The notes beneath the pieces are model-generated. The model was not told the DNA's origin and made no database searches. It saw only the letters and a list, made by a program, of their open reading frames with translations. Below are positions 29,344 to 38,750 of a DNA stretch of 64,000 nucleotides, one piece after another. This DNA comes from a virus: positions 1 through 64,000 of the IMG/VR virus record IMGVR_UViG_3300029286_003689, one strand, 5' to 3'. How positions within the stretch are numbered: position 1 is the first letter of the stretch; the number at the start of each line of letters is the position of its first letter. The position numbers and the translations under genes are program-made.

Positions 29344-30056
29344 TCTTCACCTTCTTTAATCTGCTGACCAACGTGCCAAACTTCCCATTCCTTCTTGGCA
29401 GTTACCAAGAACCAGGGCCAAAGCTTTTTTATTCCTGCCTTATTTTTTATATAGCTTGCACAAATTCTATTAACAACTTCTTCGGGGACTTCTACGCCTC
29501 TCATTTTTTTAAGCTTTCCTAAGAGCTTATAAACATTAAATCCCTTACTTACTTCTTCCATCTGTTTTTGAGATTCTTCTTTAAAAGCAGCCCAATAAGG
29601 CTGTGTTCTTTCTCTATTCTTCTCTATTCTATTCAATTCTATTCTTCGTGAGGACTCGCTGAGCACACTGTGAGGGCTCATTGAGGAGTCATTGAGTTTC
29701 CTTATTTTCTCTGGGATTAACTCAAGATATGGGGAAGGTGGTAATGGTAGGTGCGATCTTGACGGCCATTGTATAATTTGCCGGTTGTGGAACCCTTTAA
29801 TAAAAGCATAAATCTTATTGTCTACCCGGTATTCTATGTATTTTCCGTTGTTTCTTATCTGACTATAAAGAGGTTCGGTGTCAATTATATCGTGAGGGAA
29901 TATCTGGGCTTTAAGGGTTAGGTGTTTTACCTCAAAGACTCCGGTATCTTCACAGTTACACCAAGTACCTGCATAAAATAGTCGCCCGGAGAAAGGAAGC
30001 ACCGCTATCTCTTCATCCGTAAAGAATTCCGGATCAAGCTGTCTTTTTCTGGCCAC
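29280..30056 (-). CDS. Phage replication initiator protein
   Basis: MARKRQLDPEFFTDE N-terminus; internal iterons; next to ssb. Confidence 0.7.
   Translation of the reverse strand: MARKRQLDPEFFTDEEIAVLPFSGRLFYAGTWCNCEDTGVFEVKHLTLKAQIFPHDIIDTEPLYSQIRNNGKYIEYRVDNKIYAFIKGFHNRQIIQWPSRSHLPLPPSPYLELIPEKIRKLNDSSMSPHSVLSESSRRIELNRIEKNRERTQPYWAAFKEESQKQMEEVSKGFNVYKLLGKLKKMRGVEVPEEVVNRICASYIKNKAGIKKLWPWFLVTAKKEWEVWHVGQQIKEGEEWKKTPVSPLIAQLLAGMKIK
29605..29700. repeat. Putative replication origin: five TGAG-cored iterons at exact 11-bp spacing plus a TATTC-rich tract
   Basis: TGAG at 29649, 29660, 29671, 29682 and 29693, inside the initiator gene. Confidence 0.6.
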
Positions 30057-30057
30057 G

Positions 30058-30417
30058 TTATTCTCCCGGTTCTTCCTCTGATGAAGTTCCCTCTTTTATC
30101 CGATCAAGGAACTGAATGTCTTCTACGTGCAATTCTATAACTGATCTCTTTTGCTCATCCTGCTCCCATGACCGAGTAACCAGCCGGCCTTCAACAAATA
30201 CGTGGCTGCCTTTCTTAAGGTATTTAGCGCAGTTTTCCGCGCGTTTAGCCCATACAGTAGCAGTAATAAAAAGCACCTCTTCTTTATCCTGTCCGTCCTT
30301 TTTCTTAATGATGTGATTTGACGCTATCCTTAAATTACAAACTGCGGTATCTTGCGGAGTAAATCTTAATTCAGGTTCTTTGGCTAAGTTTCCAACAATA
30401 AACGTTCTATTAAACAT
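30058..30417 (-). CDS. ssb: Single-stranded DNA-binding protein
   Basis: VGNLAKEPELRFTP...YLKKGSHVFVEGRL. Confidence 0.93.
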   Translation of the reverse strand: MFNRTFIVGNLAKEPELRFTPQDTAVCNLRIASNHIIKKKDGQDKEEVLFITATVWAKRAENCAKYLKKGSHVFVEGRLVTRSWEQDEQKRSVIELHVEDIQFLDRIKEGTSSEEEPGE

Positions 30418-30428
30418 GCTTCCTCCGG

Positions 30429-30728
30429 TTATAATAGATGCAGTTGTTCCTCTTTTATGTGCTCTGTTTGATTTTGGTAAATTCTTACAGCCCGTACGTG
30501 ACTACACTCTAACCCCTTACGACCTCTTTGACAGTTGCACGCCAAACGACCCATAAGCTCTCTTATGGTATAGGTAGTTATGTTGTAGCCCGGAATAGGC
30601 AGGCATTGGTAGAGACCATCAGTTATTTTGCGAACCAGCCCTAACTCAAGAAGCTTTTTTATTTTCTGACTAACTGGTTGTTCAAAAGTTCTTGTCCCTG
30701 CGTTATAATGCTGAATAGTCTCTACCAT
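30429..30728 (-). CDS. SWIM zinc-finger protein
   Basis: CNC...CSH motif. Confidence 0.6.
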   Translation of the reverse strand: MVETIQHYNAGTRTFEQPVSQKIKKLLELGLVRKITDGLYQCLPIPGYNITTYTIRELMGRLACNCQRGRKGLECSHVRAVRIYQNQTEHIKEEQLHLL

Positions 30729-30739
30729 ACCTCTCCTTT

Positions 30740-31780
30740 CTATTGGCTTGCGTATGCCTTACTTACTTCCCTGATTAACTCATTAGCTTTATCAATATTC
30801 GGTATCTCCTCTACTTTTTCAAAGCCTAACCCGCCGAGAATAGCAGTAAATCTTTCTTCATTGTTCAGTTTCTTCCTGCAATTTTCAATCGTAATCAGAA
30901 TATTTTTTGACAGTGGAGATACTATTGCCGGCCCTAACTCCTTTTTTTCTTTAAGCGGCGCCCCAGTTGTTTCTATTGCAGGCTCTTCCCAGGTTGTAGT
31001 AACTGGAAGATCAAGGGCGTTATCAATGCCTTTACGGTATTCGCGGCTGGTCTCATCGATGGATATGGCGCGCTGCATTTCTACGGACAGAGGCAAAAGC
31101 TTAGCCAGCTGTATCAAAACCGTCTTCATGCACATTGCGTCAGGATCCTTGGCCCAGGGAGAGCTTGGGTAAAAATTATTCTTATCTTTATCGTATGTCT
31201 TGGAATGCTTCTTACCATGTTCTATACACTCTGCTTTTGACATAAACCGGAATACGCAACCGCCAGATTTCATTTTGGCAATAGCGTAATATCCTACTGC
31301 GGGCCCGCGATCTCCCAGTACCGGCTTATGCTTAATAAAGCTATCCGTACCGTAGTTATAGTCAAACTGGTCTTTCTCATGCACGGTCTGCATTTCAATG
31401 GAGAGAGTACTTGCGTGCCGATAAAATAACTCAGCTAAGCCCTTGTATCCTATAAGTGCCTGTACCTCTGGAATAACCACCCAGTTTTCGCCTATCTTGC
31501 GCTTATTTTTAAACGGCAAGAGGTACGCGCGGCCAGCAATAGGCTCAAGCCCAAGCTGAGCAAGCACAAATAAACTACCCATAAAGCTTTCCGGTGTGCA
31601 CTTAAGCAACTCCGGATTAAGTCTTATTGATGTCAATGCTATTCCAACAAGTCTCTCCGGACTCATGAATGCCGGCAATGTTTGAGCAAAATCCTTAGAT
31701 GCTCCTCTAATTAACGCCTCTAAACTCTTTTGATCTGTCGCTTTACTTATCGCTCCCGCTACATCTGTTTGTTTAGCCAT
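30740..31780 (-). CDS. recT: RecT-family recombinase
   Basis: LGLEP..GRAYLLPF, IGYKGL, M..KTV. Confidence 0.9.
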   Translation of the reverse strand: MAKQTDVAGAISKATDQKSLEALIRGASKDFAQTLPAFMSPERLVGIALTSIRLNPELLKCTPESFMGSLFVLAQLGLEPIAGRAYLLPFKNKRKIGENWVVIPEVQALIGYKGLAELFYRHASTLSIEMQTVHEKDQFDYNYGTDSFIKHKPVLGDRGPAVGYYAIAKMKSGGCVFRFMSKAECIEHGKKHSKTYDKDKNNFYPSSPWAKDPDAMCMKTVLIQLAKLLPLSVEMQRAISIDETSREYRKGIDNALDLPVTTTWEEPAIETTGAPLKEKKELGPAIVSPLSKNILITIENCRKKLNNEERFTAILGGLGFEKVEEIPNIDKANELIREVSKAYASQ

Positions 31781-31790
31781 TTGTTCCTCC

Positions 31791-32759
31791 TCACTTTTTT
31801 ACTGAAATCCGTAATACTCGTTTTTCTTTTGGTTTCGCATACTTCTCGTATAAACCCGGTTCTTCTCTTTTGAATAATTCGACGTCAACCCTCCTCTCTT
31901 TCTGGTTTTTCCAGGTAATTCTGTATTTTGCTGTTACGCCAGTTTCGTAAGTTTTTAGCATTGCCCGCAGCGTATTCTTTTGCTCGTCAATTTCTTTTTC
32001 AAGCACTGCGTAGTCTGCCTGCATAGAATCAAGGCTCTCGCATACGCGACTGGCATCATCGCCAAGCTCTATAATGCTTTCACTGGCAGCTTGCGGATAG
32101 AGCCTATAGAGGATATCGTCATCTTGTGAAGTTACCTGCATAGGCATAACCTTCGGGACAATAAAGGTATTCCAGAAATAAACTTCTTTTTCTACGATAT
32201 TATTAAGAGTCTCTGGAGCAACTATATTGATGTACTCTTTAGGCATATCAGGAAGGTTAACCTTTGCATCCGCTCTGACAAAAACTTTCCACAGAAAAGC
32301 TGTGTTTCCGATAAGCACCGCGATGTACCAGATAGGCAATCCGGTTACAGCCATATAGTGAAGGCATTGTACCTGGTATTCTTGTGGGATCTCTTCTACC
32401 TGCCACTCGCTCATCTTGAATTGATTGGCCGTTTTACACTCAAGCCCTGCAGGTTCACCAACCACAAGACGGTCTATATTGGCCCCAAGGAATGAGTATT
32501 TTGGATGGAAAAACATCTTTTCCGCCGGCACTACCTTCTTACCTGTTTCATCCATAAAAAACTCAGCTACGGCCTGCTCAAGCTTATTGCCGAGCTTTAC
32601 AGGAGTATTATCGGAAATATCAAGCGGGGTAACCTGTCCTGTCTTAATAGCCCATACCTCAAGAGGGGTTCTGTACCTGGAGAGACCAAGAATTGCCGCG
32701 GCATCGCTTCCGCCGATGTAGGTTTTACGCGCTTCTATTTGTTCTTTTGTCCAATCCAT
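31791..32759 (-). CDS. YqaJ-like exonuclease
   Basis: IGGSDAAAILG, ANIDR, LECKT, QCLHYM. Confidence 0.9.
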   Translation of the reverse strand: MDWTKEQIEARKTYIGGSDAAAILGLSRYRTPLEVWAIKTGQVTPLDISDNTPVKLGNKLEQAVAEFFMDETGKKVVPAEKMFFHPKYSFLGANIDRLVVGEPAGLECKTANQFKMSEWQVEEIPQEYQVQCLHYMAVTGLPIWYIAVLIGNTAFLWKVFVRADAKVNLPDMPKEYINIVAPETLNNIVEKEVYFWNTFIVPKVMPMQVTSQDDDILYRLYPQAASESIIELGDDASRVCESLDSMQADYAVLEKEIDEQKNTLRAMLKTYETGVTAKYRITWKNQKERRVDVELFKREEPGLYEKYAKPKEKRVLRISVKK

Positions 32760-32939
32760 TTATTACTCCTTTTAGTTTATTGATACGAGAGTCCGCGCTT
32801 GTATCGGAACCACCCGTCTTTACATAGGCGCGGTACTCTCTCGATGATTCTTTCCTCATGGCACGTCCGGGGAGACGTTCATCTAATTGCCACTTCTTAT
32901 TTCCGGGCTGTGGTTAGCAGACCCTCACCACCCTATTTA

Positions 32940-33011
32940 TTGCGGGGGTGGGAATCGAACCCACGCTTATCCGGGTATGAACCGGACGCCTTTCCGCTTG
33001 GCTACCCCGCG
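32940..33011 (-). tRNA. tRNA with CAU anticodon, fMet-like acceptor stem, no encoded CCA
   Basis: Full cloverleaf CGCGGGG...TCCGG-TTCATAC-CCGGA...GTGGG-TTCGATT-CCCAC-CCCCGCA-A; C1.A72 mismatch. Confidence 0.88.
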
Positions 33012-33091
33012 AGATCTTAGTTTTCGCTTCAATTTCTTTATAAGCCTAAGACTATTTTGCAAAACAATATAAGCACCTATGCCAGTAATCG

Positions 33092-34660
33092 TCATTTCGT
33101 CTCTACGAGTAATTCTCCGTCAGTAACGATAGTCACGAAGAATTGAAACTCTTTATCTGCCTCTATCTGCTGTAGGAATTCTGCCCGGACAGTTTCATCA
33201 AGATGTTCAAGCTTATCCACGCAGATCAATTTAAGTGGATTGTCTTTTGCGAGAATACGAGCAATATCAAGACAGGTAGTTACTTGTTTGGCTGTGGATA
33301 GGTTTGACAGAGGCAAACCATTTATCGTTACAATTCCGCGTCCATCAACCCCAAGGCCCTTAACCGGTAATTCTACTGTGGCAAGCAAATCATGCGGTTT
33401 AAGCCTGGCTATCTCAACGCATTTATCGTAATGCTCAGCCTTAGCCATTTCTTCTTTTAGCCGGGCCTGTAGCGCGCCTACTTCTTTAGCTAAAGGAATA
33501 AAAGACTTCATATATTCGGCTTCTGTGCAGCGGTTATTTATCGGGGCTATATCAATAGGCTGATGTACGTCAATAAAAAACTCGGCTTCCTTTTTCTTAG
33601 TTTTAAGCCGAGCGAATTCTTCCTCTTTATTCTTAGCGATATTTTTTGTTTTTTCCAGTGTTGTAGCGGCAATAGTACCGCTTCTTTCTCTTAGAGTAAC
33701 CTTTACCAATACGTCAGCTTTTGATACGAGATCATCCCTCTGCTTTTCAAGCTTTTGTATTTGGCTATTGATATCATCAACTTCTTGGCTAATGGCACTC
33801 AGCTGTTCATCAATATCTTCCTTTATTTTCTTTAAATCAGAGGCTTCTTGCTCATAAGCCTCTTTTACCTGCAAACCATATTTATTATCTATGGCTTCTA
33901 CTTCTGTTTCGTATGCCTCTAATACCTTACGATTTTCTACAATGTCCCTGTTTGTTTCTTGAGCGGCGTTGAGCTCTGCAAATAGTTCTCCGAGGTTTAC
34001 CTTCTCCCAAACGCCTATCTCGTAGTTATCCGGCAACCTTTTTGCTATGGCCAAGCATTCATCATCTGTAGCCTTTACCTTAGAGTTTGCTTCACGCCTT
34101 GCTTCATAAAACCACTCTTCCAAGGCTTTTAACACTTGCAGACCATGCTTCTCGTAATTTACCTTTGGGGCTTCTCCAAACCATTTTAGAGCTTCATTCG
34201 ATGTTACAGTGATAGGCAGAAGGCTAAGCAAAATATCCGTCTGCTCAGTATCCTTTTTTTGCATGAAGTCGACCGGATTAAAAGCGAATACATCTTTACC
34301 CCGTTTTCCGTTAGTCCCAAATAAATCCTTAAGGAAGGTCTCAGGGGCCTTTACCGGCACCCCACCCTGCGTTACTTTAACCGAACCTTCATCTAAGCCA
34401 GCTTCATCCTCTTTAACAGTCCGGCGTATATTTATCCCGTTGTCGGTTTCCAGTTCAATGTATGCCTTGTCTGCGCCCGTACGCACAAAGCGCGCGCGGC
34501 GCTTAGTGTTATAAAGGGCCTTTTCTATAGTCTCAAGAATTGAAGTTTTACCTCGCTCATTGCCGCCAGATATCACATTTACTTTACCGGGATTGATAGC
34601 AAGTTCTTCAATCCCCAAACAATCCTTAATTACCAGTCTCTTAATCATTGTCTCCTCCAA
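33092..34660 (-). CDS. SMC/Rad50-like coiled-coil ATPase
   Basis: Walker A GGNERGKT, long coiled coil, LSTA signature, ICVDKLE. Confidence 0.8.
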   Translation of the reverse strand: MEETMIKRLVIKDCLGIEELAINPGKVNVISGGNERGKTSILETIEKALYNTKRRARFVRTGADKAYIELETDNGINIRRTVKEDEAGLDEGSVKVTQGGVPVKAPETFLKDLFGTNGKRGKDVFAFNPVDFMQKKDTEQTDILLSLLPITVTSNEALKWFGEAPKVNYEKHGLQVLKALEEWFYEARREANSKVKATDDECLAIAKRLPDNYEIGVWEKVNLGELFAELNAAQETNRDIVENRKVLEAYETEVEAIDNKYGLQVKEAYEQEASDLKKIKEDIDEQLSAISQEVDDINSQIQKLEKQRDDLVSKADVLVKVTLRERSGTIAATTLEKTKNIAKNKEEEFARLKTKKKEAEFFIDVHQPIDIAPINNRCTEAEYMKSFIPLAKEVGALQARLKEEMAKAEHYDKCVEIARLKPHDLLATVELPVKGLGVDGRGIVTINGLPLSNLSTAKQVTTCLDIARILAKDNPLKLICVDKLEHLDETVRAEFLQQIEADKEFQFFVTIVTDGELLVETK

Positions 34661-34665
34661 TCCCG

Positions 34666-34854
34666 TTAATGAAATATAGCCCTTAAAACTAAAAGAATCC
34701 CTGCTATCGCTATGCTCCCCAGCACAACCACCGCATTAAATGGGGATTCTTCTATCCTCTGCCTATAGTAATCGTTCATACTAATCCTCTCTGATGTCTC
34801 TTTCGTGTCCGGGGTCATCCGGATCATACTGCTCTTCTTCATCAAAAATTTCAT
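34666..34854 (-). CDS. Small membrane-anchored hypothetical protein
   Basis: C-terminal hydrophobic segment. Confidence 0.4.
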   Translation of the reverse strand: MKFLMKKSSMIRMTPDTKETSERISMNDYYRQRIEESPFNAVVVLGSIAIAGILLVLRAIFH

Positions 34855-34862
34855 TAGGCATC

Positions 34863-35087
34863 TTATTTTGGCTGCAAAAACAACTGCTTAAACTCGTCCC
34901 GGAAAAACAAAAGTTTTCTTTGCTTAGCTCTCGTTTTCTGTGGTTTTAGCCCAGGAAGTATATCTGTCCAGTTGTTCCGAACGTATCCAAGGCTAAGGTG
35001 TAATTCTGCTGCTATTTCTTCAACTCCTATAAATTCGCTTTGCATGTCAAGACTTCTCTTTCTTATAGCGACGACACTTGGCAACAT
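34863..35087 (-). CDS. Excisionase-like winged-helix protein
   Basis: FIGVEEIAAELHLS...LLFFRDEF. Confidence 0.55.
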   Translation of the reverse strand: MLPSVVAIRKRSLDMQSEFIGVEEIAAELHLSLGYVRNNWTDILPGLKPQKTRAKQRKLLFFRDEFKQLFLQPK

Positions 35088-35319
35088 AACAAACTTTTTC
35101 GCGAGCTAATTTCCTATCTCTTTTCATCCTTTCATGCGCTATAACCGCCATCATTTTGCCATTCAAGTCGTTTAATGTTTTGTTCTTCGACTGTCTTATC
35201 CAATCAAGAACGATTCCAAAGACAAAACATTCTAAACTTACTAAATCTGCGTTACACACTTCCCTGTTATTTCTTTGGATATAATTTTTAACTGCATCCT
35301 TATTAATAAAATTAGCCAC
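35047..35319 (-). CDS. Hypothetical protein
   Basis: GTG start with GGAGGGG RBS. Confidence 0.45.
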   Translation of the reverse strand: MANFINKDAVKNYIQRNNREVCNADLVSLECFVFGIVLDWIRQSKNKTLNDLNGKMMAVIAHERMKRDRKLAREKVCYVAKCRRYKKEKS

Positions 35320-35341
35320 TTATCCCCTCCTGCAATCTTTG

Positions 35342-35536
35342 TTAAGTTTCGTCAACCTTTCTTACTTGACGCTTATAGAATCCTGGTTTAAACTTGGTAA
35401 CATAAAGCCCCTGTTCTATGAGATACTGGATTTCTTGGGTTAATGTACGCATATTGGCTTCGGCCTCATGTTCTATGCTTTTACGTAAGGCTGCTGGTAA
35501 TCTTAAATAAATGATTTCAGTACGTTTATCAGACAT
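35342..35536 (-). CDS. Arc-like ribbon-helix-helix regulator
   Basis: IYLRLP..LR..IE.EA..NMRTLTQEI. Confidence 0.75.
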   Translation of the reverse strand: MSDKRTEIIYLRLPAALRKSIEHEAEANMRTLTQEIQYLIEQGLYVTKFKPGFYKRQVRKVDET

Positions 35537-35551
35537 AAAAAAACTGCTACT

Positions 35552-35827
35552 TTAAGCAGTAGCTAATTGTTCTTTGACAAAAGGGCCTAAATTTGCCCCA
35601 CAATCAATTTTCTCAGTTTTGGCTACCCTTGTATTATTTGCTAAAACGCGTGTCACTATGGGACTCTGGTGCGTTTCGCTATGCTTGAAGGGTATACCCC
35701 TATTTGAATATGGCAGAAGCCTCTGGTTACTTTGAAAACAAAGGCATGAAACAACGGTAATTTGTTTCCATTGCTTACATTTTTCTGTACATTGCGCACA
35801 AAGTTTATTTACTCCAGATAGAGGCAT
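35552..35827 (-). CDS. Hypothetical Cys-rich protein
   Basis: CxxCxxxC N-terminus, follows cro. Confidence 0.4.
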   Translation of the reverse strand: MPLSGVNKLCAQCTEKCKQWKQITVVSCLCFQSNQRLLPYSNRGIPFKHSETHQSPIVTRVLANNTRVAKTEKIDCGANLGPFVKEQLATA

Positions 35828-36076
35828 TTAATTAACCTCACCATTTAGGTGTTGTTTCTGATCAAAAAAATATTGAATAGGCTTATTAAAAAAATTAGCT
35901 AATGTAGCAATTTCATTAGCGTCTGGGGTGGTTACGCCAGTTTCCCAATTTATAAGCGTCGGACGTGATATGCGCAAACCTATTTTATCTAATTTAAACA
36001 TCAGATCAGTTTGGGTGAGTTCTTTCTCTTCCCGGCATTTTCTTAATTTCTCGGCGATAAACATTTTACTAAGCAC
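35828..36076 (-). CDS. Cro-like XRE HTH protein
   Basis: LTQTDL...ISRPTLINWETG..TP; divergent from cI. Confidence 0.85.
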   Translation of the reverse strand: MLSKMFIAEKLRKCREEKELTQTDLMFKLDKIGLRISRPTLINWETGVTTPDANEIATLANFFNKPIQYFFDQKQHLNGEVN

Positions 36077-36099
36077 CTCCTTTTTCTTTAACTGTTTTA

Positions 36100-36182
36100 A
36101 GTATACTACACCAGTTAGGTTTTGTCAAGTATTTTTTTACAATATTTTTTATCTTGCAACATTACAAAAAGAGGAGTAAAAT
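36100..36182. promoter_or_regulatory. Divergent sigma70 promoters of the lysis/lysogeny switch
   Basis: Minus strand: TTGACA(36128-36123)-17-TATACT(36105-36100); plus strand: TTGCAA(36154-36159)-17-TAAAAT(36177-36182). Confidence 0.75.
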
Positions 36183-36189
36183 TACGAGT

Positions 36190-36744
36190 ATGAACATGAA
36201 AACTACATTGAAATTTAAAGACTTGTTAGCTAAATATCGCGACCGCGAAAACTTGTCAAAAACTGATATTGCTCAAAAGATAGATGTAACGGTTAGCTAT
36301 ATCATCGATATTGAAGCTGGCAGGAAGAAACCGCCAACATTGGAGAAATGCCAAAAACTGATAGAAGTTTTAAAATTAACTGCTGAAGAAGCGGGGGGAT
36401 TCATTAAATCCGCACTTTATGAAAGGGCCTCTAAAGAAATACTGGAATTTCTAAAATTGCAATCTGAACTTAAAGATTTGTTTGTGGATAAAGCTATACG
36501 AGGGGTTTCTTCTGTTAAGGAAGATCGCAATACTCTGTTCGTGCAAGTTCCTAAAGAATTTGCTTATATTATCAAAAAACATCCAGAGATATTTGCCGCC
36601 ATCCAAGACCCAATCGCCATTAATGCGTTGCTTATTACCTTTAAAAATACGCAAGATATTAAGAATACTATTAAGGCCCTTTTGGAGACTATACCGAGTC
36701 TTACTCCGGAAAAGAGGCGGGCGTTATTAGCATTATGTAGATGA
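36190..36744 (+). CDS. CI-like XRE repressor (start re-assigned to ATG 36190; no S24 peptidase domain visible)
   Basis: LSKTDIAQKIDVTVSYIIDIEAGRKKPP HTH. Confidence 0.8.
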   Translation: MNMKTTLKFKDLLAKYRDRENLSKTDIAQKIDVTVSYIIDIEAGRKKPPTLEKCQKLIEVLKLTAEEAGGFIKSALYERASKEILEFLKLQSELKDLFVDKAIRGVSSVKEDRNTLFVQVPKEFAYIIKKHPEIFAAIQDPIAINALLITFKNTQDIKNTIKALLETIPSLTPEKRRALLALCR

Positions 36745-36757
36745 AGAGGGATAAGTT

Positions 36758-37048
36758 TTGAAGATTGGCGGATGGGAAGTTAATAAGTTAGAGGTAATAG
36801 TAGGCGCTTCTTTGCTACTGTTAATCTTATTAGGATTTTTACTTACGATTGGGACTATCTTTGGCATCCCGAACAAGCTGTCAAATGCCTTGATGGCTGG
36901 AGGCTTAATAGTAGGTATCCCCTATTTTCTGTGTATAGTGGTTGGTACGCTTTTTCTGCTTCCCGTATTTCTATTCTATATACTTAAAACCTTGTACATT
37001 ATTTTTACTAACCCACGCCCAATTAAAAAAACAAAATGGAAAGAGTAA
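36758..37048 (+). CDS. Membrane protein (lysogenic cargo)
   Basis: 2-3 hydrophobic segments, co-oriented with cI. Confidence 0.55.
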   Translation: MKIGGWEVNKLEVIVGASLLLLILLGFLLTIGTIFGIPNKLSNALMAGGLIVGIPYFLCIVVGTLFLLPVFLFYILKTLYIIFTNPRPIKKTKWKE

Positions 37049-37548
37049 TTTCATTCTTATTGATATTGCTTATCTCTGGCTGCGCAACGCTATCTTCCTT
37101 ACCACAGAAGACATCCGAAGTTGACTTTAATTCCCTCAATACTGGTCGTACTGCAATGTGGACTTATGAAGACAGTACCTTCTTTGACAATATGGACAAG
37201 GAGATGATCTTTCTTGCAGCTAAGCATGGTTTATCTGTAAATGATTTTATTATCCGTAGGGCTTCTTTTGAGGAGGGGGTTTTATTTGGATATCACGATT
37301 CTACTGCCCACGATTGGAATGTAGTAGCTGGAGTCTATATTAAACAGTTCGAAAAAAAGACTGCGGTTAAAGTGATAGCAAAAACCTCAAAAGATTTCTC
37401 TCTGGTTGGAAATATTGGAGACACTACCTCTGCCGGTTGGCCGCAACTTATTATTAGCGCGATGCAAGATTATATCGTAAAGGAATCATTAACTTCTAAT
37501 AGACCTACAAAACATTTAAGAGTAGATGAATCCAAAAGACAGGATTAG
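37036..37548 (+). CDS. Lipoprotein (possible superinfection exclusion)
   Basis: Signal peptide with lipobox LISGC. Confidence 0.7.
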   Translation: MERVISFLLILLISGCATLSSLPQKTSEVDFNSLNTGRTAMWTYEDSTFFDNMDKEMIFLAAKHGLSVNDFIIRRASFEEGVLFGYHDSTAHDWNVVAGVYIKQFEKKTAVKVIAKTSKDFSLVGNIGDTTSAGWPQLIISAMQDYIVKESLTSNRPTKHLRVDESKRQD

Positions 37549-37554
37549 GATATT

Positions 37555-37755
37555 ATGGAGCTAAAAGATAGGATAAAAATACTCAGAAAAGAAAAACACT
37601 TAACCATGTTGCAACTTGGCAAGGGAGCTAAAGTAGCTGAGTGTACTGTCTCTTATTGGGAAAAGGGCCGTCAGGAACCTAATACTATGCAAAGAAGACG
37701 GCTATGTCGCTTCCTCGGAATTACTCAATCTGAATTATTTAAAGGGGTAACCTGA
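37555..37755 (+). CDS. XRE HTH protein coupled to the integrase
   Basis: HTH motif; TGATG overlap with int. Confidence 0.8.
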   Translation: MELKDRIKILRKEKHLTMLQLGKGAKVAECTVSYWEKGRQEPNTMQRRRLCRFLGITQSELFKGVT

Positions 37756-38747
37756 TGTCATCTCTCTACCGCAGAAAAGAGATCTACTGGCTCTCCTTCC
37801 GGTACCATGGAAAAGCCTACTGTATAAGTCTTGGTACTCGGGATCGCTCCACTGCCATCTATCTAAAGGCCAAAAAAGACCAAGAAATGGCTGAAGGTAA
37901 ATATATCATTCGCCAGGATGTTTCTTGTGAGGAAGTACTGAAAGACTACATGGAAACTTCGCAGCATCGTAAAACAAAAAAAACTAACGATAACGATGAG
38001 TCCAGGATAGAAAAATTTCTAAAGCAGAGCGGGATAACTAAGGTTAATCAGATAACAGAGAAAAGGCTGCAGGAATACCTTAACCATCGCATCAATAAAG
38101 ATGGGCTTGCGCTTTCATCAGCTAACCGGCTTATAGCTACCTTTAAGGCATGGCTTAATTTCGCTGTCAGGCGCAAGATTATCTTTGAGAATCCTATACG
38201 ATATTTTAAAGGATATAACCCGGGCCAACGGCATTTTAAATTATTGACGCTTGATGAGATTAAAACAATAATAGATTCAGCAGAAAAAAATCCACGAGTG
38301 GAACTTGCTATTTGGTCTGGACTATATGCTGGGATGAGAATAGAAGAAGCCTATGGGTTAGAGTGGCCAGACATAGATTTTGAGAATGACGATATAACAA
38401 TCAAACGAGGCGGGGAAGTTATAACTAAATCCAAAAAAGAGCGCATTGTCCCTATGACAGAAAAATTCAGGGAAAAGCTTCTATCGGCCAGAAAAAATTC
38501 AGGTCGATGCTTTGATTCTGTCAATCACAAACGCATAGTCGCAAACTTCATAAAATCGACTAAGATAAAGGGTATTAATTTTAAAAGCTTTCGGCATGCT
38601 TATGCTTCTTATTTATTAATGAGTGGAGTTGATCTCTATACTGTATCTCAGCTTTTAGGACATTCCAGCGTGAGGGTAACCGAACAGCACTACGCACACC
38701 TGATAAAGGATCATAAAAAAGCCTCAGTAAAGAAGCTTCCTTATTAA
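37755..38747 (+). CDS. int: Tyrosine recombinase (phage integrase)
   Basis: GMR, SFRH, LLGH, HYAH catalytic motifs. Confidence 0.95.
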   Translation: MSSLYRRKEIYWLSFRYHGKAYCISLGTRDRSTAIYLKAKKDQEMAEGKYIIRQDVSCEEVLKDYMETSQHRKTKKTNDNDESRIEKFLKQSGITKVNQITEKRLQEYLNHRINKDGLALSSANRLIATFKAWLNFAVRRKIIFENPIRYFKGYNPGQRHFKLLTLDEIKTIIDSAEKNPRVELAIWSGLYAGMRIEEAYGLEWPDIDFENDDITIKRGGEVITKSKKERIVPMTEKFREKLLSARKNSGRCFDSVNHKRIVANFIKSTKIKGINFKSFRHAYASYLLMSGVDLYTVSQLLGHSSVRVTEQHYAHLIKDHKKASVKKLPY

Positions 38748-38750
38748 GAT

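Noticed and set aside
32760-32939. Possible ncRNA downstream of the tRNA
   Set aside because: No convincing structure or second cloverleaf could be identified by eye
32799-33072. Plus-strand ORFs of 73 and 61 aa
   Set aside because: Antisense to the tRNA, no RBS, non-protein-like
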